Shown piece by piece: positions 56,990 through 64,000 of a DNA stretch of 64,000 nt (the stretch's first letter is position 1; the number at the start of each line of letters is the position of its first letter). The DNA is from Treponemataceae bacterium (lineage in GTDB: Bacteria > Spirochaetota > Spirochaetia > Treponematales > Rectinemataceae), in assembly GCA_963678065.2 (NCBI GenBank), contig CAXXVZ010000003.1, positions 1,856,001-1,920,000 on the forward strand, written 5' to 3'. The notes below the pieces were generated by a model. The model was not told where the DNA came from, did not search any database, and was given only the letters and a program-made list of their open reading frames with translations. The position numbers and the translations under genes were made by a program.

Positions 56990-58249
56990 TCAATTGATAG
57001 GCGCCACAAGGTCGATGCAGGTGCCATCGCCTATCCGGGAGACGATAGTCACCGATCCTCCTATGCCGCGCATGCGCTCTCTTACGCTGAAGAGCCCGAA
57101 ACCTCCCTCAGTTCCGTTGTTTTCGAGGCAGGAAACATCGAAACCGACACCATCGTCACTGAGGCGGATCGCTATCCGCTGGCCATCGCCGCGGAGGGAG
57201 AGCGTCATGCAACTCGCATTCGCGTGATGAAGGCAATTCCGCATCAACTCCTGGATGCAGCGGAAGACGAGTATCCCCCTGTCGTCGGGCAGTGGGGGAA
57301 TCTCCTCGGCGAGGAAAATGAATTCAATGTGATTCTCGCGGCAGATATTCTCCCCCTCGCAGCGGAGGGCGCTCGACAGGCCGAGCTTATAGAGCGCCGG
57401 TGGGCTCAGGTCGAAGATCATGGTGCGTATCTGGGCCATGGTCCGGTCGAGCAGTTCAGCGATTTGGCGGAATTCATCGCCGATCGCCGCGGAGGAATGC
57501 GCACGGGACGCAACATCGAGTGTCATCTTGAGCATGGCGAGATTCTGGCCTATTTCGTCGTGAAGATAGGAAGCAAAGCGTCTCCTCTCCCTCTCTTCGG
57601 TCTTCGTTATTTCCAGGGCGAGCATGCGGAGCCTATCCTCATTCCGGCTCTTCTCCCTGAGATCGTGCACGAGCAGGCAGATGAGGACCTGCGATCGGCG
57701 ATGCATCAGGCCGGAAAAAATCTCAAAGTCGAGGACCTCGCCGTCGGAGCCGTAATGTTTTAAGAAAAAGTGTTGTTGTTGGAGCGATGCGACCTTCTGT
57801 AGACCATCTCGTACTGAAGCCTCATCCAGGGGGTCAATATCGGATATCTTTCTACCCACGAGCTCACCGGAGGCCCTTCCGCAAAATTTCGCCGCCGCGC
57901 CGCTCACTCTCTCGATCTCCATCGTCTGTAAATCGACGACAAAGATCATATCTTTCGTCTCCTCCAAGATAGCGACGAAGCTTTCCTCATCGCACTGGAT
58001 GAAGGTCTGGCAGGAAGCGAGACTGCGCACGGCGTTGTTGGAGCTTTTCCCTCCTTCGCGCGAATCCGAGATAATGACATCGGGACCGATTTCATCCAGC
58101 GCGGCAGCGAACACCGACTGGGAATCAACTCGCCTACATTCGAACTCGAGGCCGGCAGCGCTCATGATCAACTTTGCTCTCTCTACCATTCCTACCATTC
58201 CTTGGTTTGCATCGACGAAAAGTACCTTGACTGTACCGAAGTAGGCCAT
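56990..58249 (-). CDS. Cytoplasmic PAS / HisKA_3 histidine kinase with a degenerate N-terminal receiver-like domain
   Basis: ERRRFASYLHDEIGQ, QELMRNCLHHA, DDGVGF, GFGL. Confidence 0.88.
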   Translation of the reverse strand: MAYFGTVKVLFVDANQGMVGMVERAKLIMSAAGLEFECRRVDSQSVFAAALDEIGPDVIISDSREGGKSSNNAVRSLASCQTFIQCDEESFVAILEETKDMIFVVDLQTMEIERVSGAAAKFCGRASGELVGRKISDIDPLDEASVRDGLQKVASLQQQHFFLKHYGSDGEVLDFEIFSGLMHRRSQVLICLLVHDLREKSRNEDRLRMLALEITKTEERERRRFASYLHDEIGQNLAMLKMTLDVASRAHSSAAIGDEFRQIAELLDRTMAQIRTMIFDLSPPALYKLGLSSALRCEGENICRENHIEFIFLAEEIPPLPDDRGILVFRCIQELMRNCLHHANASCMTLSLRGDGQRIAIRLSDDGVGFDVSCLENNGTEGGFGLFSVRERMRGIGGSVTIVSRIGDGTCIDLVAPIN

Positions 58250-58402
58250 ACGTACATCTGTCTTTTTGTGTAAGGTTTTATGATCTAGCTACCTTTTGAT
58301 TAGTAAAAAAATCAAGTTTATCAAGTATCTATGCCAATATCAACGTAAACCTATAATTCAAGTCTATCAGCTCCTAAACATTATATTTTTAAACATTTTC
58401 AT

Positions 58403-59797
58403 GAGGCTCTTTCAAAAGTCATGAGATGAACGAATTTTAATGAAAAGCGGGGACAGAACCTGTATGATGATGTTGCAACACAAACGTCACCAGGAGGAGC
58501 CCCCGCTGATGAAAACCATACCAGAAATACTGGGCGGAGCGCAAATACTTTTGCCGATTTCCTACGATATCCAGCGATGTTTCGAAGAATATCTCACCGA
58601 CGAGCATCGCTTTTTTATCGCCCTGCTCAGAGTCATTGAAGATGCTCAGCCACGGATTACATCACCATGTGCACGGACTGGCCGTCCTCCACATCGGAAC
58701 GAACCGATCATGCGGGCGTTTTTCGCCCGAACGGTATTCCACATAGCGACAGTCACGGACCTTAGGAACAGGCTGATCAACGATCCGAATCTGCGGAGGA
58801 TATGCGGCTTCACCTCCGTTCCAAGCTCTGCGACCTTTTCGCGTCGCTACGCGGAGTTTTCAAAAAAGACTCCGCTGATTCAGACTTTGAATACCATGGT
58901 GAAGGATTGTCATGACGGCCATATCGTCGGACACATAAATCGGGATGCGACGGAGATACGAGCACGAGAAAAACCTGTACCTGCCAAACGTGAAGCTGTT
59001 TCTTCCGTGACACCGCAACGGAAACGAGGTCGTCCCCGAAAAGGAGAAGTTCGGCCTGTGAAGGAGCCGACACAGATAGAAAAGCAAGTCGGCCAAAGCG
59101 TCAGGAAATCCTTGTCAGAACTATCCAAAGACTGTGCATGGGGATGCAAGAAGAACAGCCAGGGGAATAGGGAAACATGGAAAGGATACAAGTTGCACCT
59201 TGATGTCAGCGACACAGGATTCCCTATTTCAGCAGTCGTAACCGGCGCCAATGTTCATGATTCGCAAGTAGCGATTCCTCTGGAAAAGATAACAGAGAAA
59301 AAGGTCCGACATCTGTATTCAGTCATGGACGCTGCATACGATGCGGATCCCATCGCGACCTATATCCAGGGACGTGGGCGTGTTCCGCTGATTGATCGGA
59401 ATACGCGTCGTGGGACGGAACGGGAACCATTTTCGCCGTCACAGAAGGAGCGGTACACAATCAGGACAACGGTTGAACGTGCAAACTCGCATTTGAAGGA
59501 TTGGCTCATACCGGGTCAGATATTTGTACGGGGATTTGAGAAAGTATCATTCCTGCTCATGTGCGGGGTAGTGGTTCTGGCGGCCGTCAAGGCTTTGCAG
59601 TACTTCATCCTTCCCGAACTGCAGAAATCGTAACCGGGCAATCCGGCAGAACCGGATTTTGTAGGGGTAGTCCATCTTTTGCACTGAAAAGAGAGCCCTT
59701 TTTACTGCACATGTAATTTTTACTGTGCAAAAACGAAGCTTCAGTTACAATAACTCGCTTTTTTACAAAGCGGATTACGAAGTTTTGAAAAAGCCTC
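58403..59797 (+). mobile_element. IS5/IS1182-like insertion sequence
   Basis: IRs GAGGCTCTTTCAAAA and TTTTGAAAAAGCCTC; 4-bp target duplication TCAT. Confidence 0.88.
58440..59633 (+). CDS. DDE transposase
   Basis: RDAT, GYKLH, ANVHDS, MDAAYD, RTTVERANSHLK; true start may be downstream. Confidence 0.88.
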   Translation: MKSGDRTCMMMLQHKRHQEEPPLMKTIPEILGGAQILLPISYDIQRCFEEYLTDEHRFFIALLRVIEDAQPRITSPCARTGRPPHRNEPIMRAFFARTVFHIATVTDLRNRLINDPNLRRICGFTSVPSSATFSRRYAEFSKKTPLIQTLNTMVKDCHDGHIVGHINRDATEIRAREKPVPAKREAVSSVTPQRKRGRPRKGEVRPVKEPTQIEKQVGQSVRKSLSELSKDCAWGCKKNSQGNRETWKGYKLHLDVSDTGFPISAVVTGANVHDSQVAIPLEKITEKKVRHLYSVMDAAYDADPIATYIQGRGRVPLIDRNTRRGTEREPFSPSQKERYTIRTTVERANSHLKDWLIPGQIFVRGFEKVSFLLMCGVVVLAAVKALQYFILPELQKS

Positions 59798-59969
59798 TCA
59801 TGATAGAAACAATTAAGGATTCTTATAAACAGGTGCGTCGAAAACATGAATGCCTGTAAAGTATGGGCTGAAGCCTTTCTTGGATCTGCTTGTCGAAATA
59901 CTCTGTCTTCGGGCTCTGGCGGTCGCGGTATTCGCGAATCGCCTCCATGTTGAAAACCAGAATTCGGAC

Positions 59970-59998
59970 TTGACAGCCACTGCAAACCGGCTTACCCT
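59970..59998 (+). promoter_or_regulatory. Sigma70 promoter for the riboswitch-ATPase transcript
   Basis: TTGACA-17 bp-TACCCT. Confidence 0.55.
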
Positions 59999-60008
59999 TA
60001 AAAATTAA

Positions 60009-60089
60009 GAAGACCAGGTGGCGACACCGGGCCCTTTGGTGGGCAGCTCGTGATTAGCGGGACTTCCAAAAGAGCAAGACTGCTTTTTT
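60009..60089 (+). ncRNA. NiCo/czcD-like metal riboswitch followed by a terminator-like hairpin
   Basis: Four-way junction GAAG-AC-CAGGTG(GCGA)CACC-GG-GCCC(..)GGGC-A-GCT(..)AGC-GGGA-CTTC; then AAAAGAGCA-AGAC-TGCTTTTTT. Confidence 0.7.
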
Positions 60090-60104
60090 GCCAGAGGTCC
60101 CCAC

Positions 60105-62669
60105 ATGAAAGATTACTCTTCCATGCCCTCTCTCGTCGACATTGTACAATTCCAGAATCCTACCAACAAAGGCGAGAACCCGCATGAGATCGGCCAGACC
60201 GCGCTGCGACGCGAGTCGGTGACTGGCCTCTCCGAGACCGAAGTTTTAGAGCTCAGGCGCGAGGTCGGCGAGAATGTCCTTCCGCAAGCGAAGGGCCCTT
60301 CAGGCTTATCAGTTTTCTTTTCCCAGTTCAAAAGCCCGTTGGTCTACATCATTCTGACCGCCGCCATCATCTCCTTGATAGTCGGGGAGATGGCTGATTT
60401 CGCCATCATCATGGTCGTCGTCGTTATCGACGCTGTCGTCGGATACCTGCAGGAGTATCAGGCCCAGAAGACCTACACCGCGCTTAAAAATCTTCTCAAA
60501 CCCACGACGACCGTCATCAGGGACGGAGTCCGGCAGGAAATTGAACTGCGCGGGCTGGTGCCGGGTGACGTGGTGGTGCTCAATGCCGGCAAGCGCGTGC
60601 CGGGCGACGGACAGATCATTGAGGGCGTAAAGCTCTCGGTGGACGAGGCCATCCTCACAGGAGAGAGCGAGCCCGTGCGCAAGAAAGCCGAGCAAGGCTC
60701 TGACCGCGTGTTCATGGGCACCACCGTGGTGACAGGACGCGGCCTCATGGTCGTAAGCGGCACAGGCACAAAGACCGAGTTGGGCGCCATAGCCGAAAGT
60801 CTCAAGGAAGACGCGCAGGAGGAGACGCCGCTCCAGGTGAGGCTAAAGACCTTCAGCAAAACGCTCACCCTGCTGGTCATCGGAGTCACCGCGGCTATCC
60901 TGGCCGTCGGCCTACTCTCCGGCAGACCCTTCCTGGAGATGCTCCGCGTCTCCATAGTCCTGGCTATCGCCGCGATTCCGGAAGGTCTCCTCATCGCCGT
61001 CACTGTCATCCTCGTGATAGGGATGCGGAAGATTCTCAAACGCCATGGGCTCGTGAAGAAGCTCCTGGCTGTGGAAACCCTCGGCTCGGTGACGACGATC
61101 TGCACCGACAAGACGGGAACCTTGACGGAGGGGCGGATGCGCGTCACCCGCCACGAGTTGTCGGTTTCTGACCGCGCCTTGGAGACCATGGCCCTCTGCA
61201 ATGATATGGAGGGGCCCGTCGAGGCGGCGCTGTGGGAGTTCGCGGCGACCTTGTCGGGTGGGAACCAGCAGGCGATCGTCGATCGCGGCGAGCGCATCGC
61301 GGTGGAACTCTTCTCAAGCGAGACCAAGTATATGATCACCTCGAACAATATCGATGGAAGAGAGTTCGATTACCTGAAAGGAGCGCCCGAGATTGTCATC
61401 GGGATGTGCGACATGCCGCCAGCCGAGCGGGAGCGCCTGCATTCCCTGGCCGAAAGCTGGGCCGGCGAGGGGCTGCGCCTGATAGGCCTGGCCTCGAGGC
61501 CCCGGACTGACATCGAGGAGCGCAGCGGCTATGAATGGGCCGGGCTCGTGGCCATGGAGGACCCGATCCGCGAGGGGGTCCGGGAATCCGTGGAGATCGC
61601 CCATAAAGCCGGGATCCGCGTGAAAATGATCACCGGCGACTACCGAACGACAGCGGAGCGCATCGCGCGCTCTGTGGGCATACTTGAGGAAGGCGAGGAG
61701 GTGCTCGACGGGAGCGAGTTTGCGGGGCTTGACGACGCCGCGCTCGCGGAAAGGGTCGGCCGCACCGCGGTTTTCTCGCGGATCCGCCCGCACGACAAGC
61801 TTCGCATCGTGCGTGCCCTCCAGGCCAATGGGGAGATCACGGCAATGGTCGGCGACGGCGTAAACGACGCGCCCGCCCTCAAGCGCGCGAACATCGGGGT
61901 CGTGGTTGGAAGCGCGACGGACGTGGCCAAGGAGACCGCTGATCTCGTCCTTCTCGACAACAACTTCCGCACCATCGTGGCCGCCGTGGAGGAAGGAAGG
62001 ATCATTTTCCAGAACATCCGGAAGGTGGTCGCCTACACGCTGTCCAATTCCTTCGCCGAGGTGCTCACTATCTTCGGCGCCATGCTCCTGGGCTGGCCCG
62101 CTCCTCTCGCTGTGGCGCAAATCCTCTGGATTCACCTGATCTGCGACGGCCCTTCGGACATTGTGCTCGGCTTCGAGCCCAAGGAGGACGGCATCATGGG
62201 GGAAAAGCCGATGTCCGTGAAGGAACCGATCCTCAACTCCCTTGGCCTTTCCCTCATCGCGATAATCAGCGCCGCAAGCGCCATCGTGGCCCTTCTCCTG
62301 TTCGGGCACTCCTACAATGTCCACGGCAACATTGTGGAGGGACAAAGTACCGCCTTCGCTTTGTTCGCGGTGAACTCCATGATCTACATCTTCGCGTATC
62401 GCAGCATGCGCCGTCCCCTCTTCCGGAGCGGCAAACTGACCCGGAACAAACCGCTCATATTCACGGTTCTTGGGGGCCTCGCGCTCGCCTTCTTCCCCTT
62501 CATTGTCCCCTCGATCAAAAAAACGCTCGGTATCGGGTCTTTGCAACTGGGTCAGTGGGGCGTGGTTTTCGCTGTCGCGGCCGGGCTTCTCGCAGTTGTG
62601 GAGATTGGGAAGTTCGTGAGCAACCGCATTATAAACCGGCGTCGCGCGCGGGGAAACGCTGCTCTCTGA
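60105..62669 (+). CDS. P2-type cation-transporting ATPase
   Basis: TGES, IPEGL, DKTGTLT, KGAPE, MITGD, GDGVNDAPAL. Confidence 0.93.
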   Translation: MKDYSSMPSLVDIVQFQNPTNKGENPHEIGQTALRRESVTGLSETEVLELRREVGENVLPQAKGPSGLSVFFSQFKSPLVYIILTAAIISLIVGEMADFAIIMVVVVIDAVVGYLQEYQAQKTYTALKNLLKPTTTVIRDGVRQEIELRGLVPGDVVVLNAGKRVPGDGQIIEGVKLSVDEAILTGESEPVRKKAEQGSDRVFMGTTVVTGRGLMVVSGTGTKTELGAIAESLKEDAQEETPLQVRLKTFSKTLTLLVIGVTAAILAVGLLSGRPFLEMLRVSIVLAIAAIPEGLLIAVTVILVIGMRKILKRHGLVKKLLAVETLGSVTTICTDKTGTLTEGRMRVTRHELSVSDRALETMALCNDMEGPVEAALWEFAATLSGGNQQAIVDRGERIAVELFSSETKYMITSNNIDGREFDYLKGAPEIVIGMCDMPPAERERLHSLAESWAGEGLRLIGLASRPRTDIEERSGYEWAGLVAMEDPIREGVRESVEIAHKAGIRVKMITGDYRTTAERIARSVGILEEGEEVLDGSEFAGLDDAALAERVGRTAVFSRIRPHDKLRIVRALQANGEITAMVGDGVNDAPALKRANIGVVVGSATDVAKETADLVLLDNNFRTIVAAVEEGRIIFQNIRKVVAYTLSNSFAEVLTIFGAMLLGWPAPLAVAQILWIHLICDGPSDIVLGFEPKEDGIMGEKPMSVKEPILNSLGLSLIAIISAASAIVALLLFGHSYNVHGNIVEGQSTAFALFAVNSMIYIFAYRSMRRPLFRSGKLTRNKPLIFTVLGGLALAFFPFIVPSIKKTLGIGSLQLGQWGVVFAVAAGLLAVVEIGKFVSNRIINRRRARGNAAL

Positions 62670-62709
62670 AATGCCGGAAAACAATACGATATATCCGAAG
62701 GAGGCTATT

Positions 62710-64000
62710 ATGTCGTTGAAAACCAGCGTCGCTTCTACCGTTGCGGTCAGAAAGATCGTGCGACTCAAGAAAGATCCTCAGAAAGAACTTCCCGCCCTCG
62801 TCAAATGGGCGCATCGGCTTGACCTGTCAGGCCATCACGCAAAAATGCTCGACGGCGTCGCGTCCATAGCGGGCGATGAGACAAATAACTGGAACCGGAT
62901 GATCACGTCCATCATCCGCGAAATAGACTCATCCTTCCTTGAGAAGTTCATTGTCAACTTCGCCGTAAATGCCGCATTCGTATCGATCCGGAAAAGGCAA
63001 AAAATCATGGAGCGCGAAGGCTGCAATATCCCCTGGGCTATCCTCATGGACCCAACCGCGGCCTGCAATCTGCATTGCACCGGTTGTTGGGCCGCCGAAT
63101 ATCCGAAGACCGCGAACATGGATTTCGACCTGCTCGACCGCATTATCAAAGAAGGCAAAGAGCTTGGCATCTACATGTATATCTACTCCGGCGGAGAACC
63201 CCTTGTGCGCAAAGCGGACATCATGAAGCTCGCTGAAAAGCACAACGATTGCATTTTCTTGTCTTTCACAAACGCCACCCTTGTGGACGAAGAGTTTGCG
63301 AAAGAGTCAGCTCGCTTGGGCAACATCATGCTCGCCATCAGCGTCGAGGGGTTCGAGGCGGAAACCGACATGCGACGCGGCGAGGGAACATATCAAAAAG
63401 CCGTCGAAGCAATGGATATCCTCAAAGCCAAGGGCGTGCCCTTCGGATTCTCTACCTGCTATCACAAGTACAACACCGAAGTCGTCGGCTCCGAAGCGTA
63501 CATCGACTTCATGGTGGAAAAAGGAGCGCGCTTCGGCTGGTATTTCACCTACATGCCGCTGGGCAAAGACGCAAAGACCGAACTGCTCGCGACGCCCGAC
63601 CAGAGGGAATTCATGTACCGCCGCGTCCGGGAATTCCGGAACACCAAGCCTATTTTCGTGCTCGATTTCTGGAATGACGGCGAGTATGTCAAAGGCTGCA
63701 TCGCCGGCGGCAAGGACTACCTGCACATCAACGCCGCGGGCGACGTCGAACCGTGCGCATTTATACACTATTCGAACGCGAACATCCGCGCCATGAGCCT
63801 GCTCGATACGCTCAAACAGCCGCTGTTCCGCGAATACGCCGCCGGCCAGCCTTTCAACGACAATCTCCTGCGTCCCTGTCCGCTTCTGGACAATCCCGAA
63901 AAGCTTCGCGGCATGGTCGGGCGATCGAACGCTCATTCGACGCAGTTGCTCGACGAGGAAGATGTTGGCTCCCTGACGGCAAAATGCGAAGGCGCGGCCG
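62710..64000 (+). CDS. Radical SAM (SPASM-type) protein, truncated by the window end
   Basis: Read directly from the sequence: GGAGG RBS, MSLKTSV..., CNLHCTGC, SGGEPL, CIAGG..YLHINAAGDVEPC; no stop before 64000. Confidence 0.85.
   Translation, partial: MSLKTSVASTVAVRKIVRLKKDPQKELPALVKWAHRLDLSGHHAKMLDGVASIAGDETNNWNRMITSIIREIDSSFLEKFIVNFAVNAAFVSIRKRQKIMEREGCNIPWAILMDPTAACNLHCTGCWAAEYPKTANMDFDLLDRIIKEGKELGIYMYIYSGGEPLVRKADIMKLAEKHNDCIFLSFTNATLVDEEFAKESARLGNIMLAISVEGFEAETDMRRGEGTYQKAVEAMDILKAKGVPFGFSTCYHKYNTEVVGSEAYIDFMVEKGARFGWYFTYMPLGKDAKTELLATPDQREFMYRRVREFRNTKPIFVLDFWNDGEYVKGCIAGGKDYLHINAAGDVEPCAFIHYSNANIRAMSLLDTLKQPLFREYAAGQPFNDNLLRPCPLLDNPEKLRGMVGRSNAHSTQLLDEEDVGSLTAKCEGAA

Overview
GC-rich chromosome segment, most likely from a spirochaete (inferred from the short 607-aa AlaRS, the spirochaete-type lipoprotein signal on the SLT gene, and PEGA/AddAB content). 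It has four zones. (1) 1-36.6 kb is core and metabolic DNA: alaS, TetR regulators, alpha-amylase, AddAB-like helicase-nuclease, chromate transporters, pepT, and a complete lysine-fermentation operon (kdd-kat-kce-kamABCDE-CoA transferase) that has the aminotransferase Kat in place of the lyase Kal. (2) 36.7-46.3 kb is an apparently intact 9,525-bp element integrated in tRNA-Thr(CGT) between 42-bp att repeats. It encodes integrase, an Xis/AlpA-like protein, an HTH initiator with internal iterons, a DnaB helicase, a small terminase and a secreted ankyrin protein, but no capsid, tail or large terminase. This makes it a candidate PICI/SaPI-like phage satellite and the best lead in the window. (3) 46.4-59.8 kb is a second accessory block: a two-component system, two DUF4402-like pilins, a chaperone, an usher-like protein and an HD-GYP protein. 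The chaperone is broken by three nested IS elements (IS630 > IS3 > IS110, the last with a structured, bridge-RNA-like leader), and an IS5/IS1182-like element follows. (4) 60-64 kb has a compact NiCo/czcD-like riboswitch ahead of a P-type ATPase and a radical SAM gene that runs off the window. All family calls come from motif recognition by eye; no searches were run.
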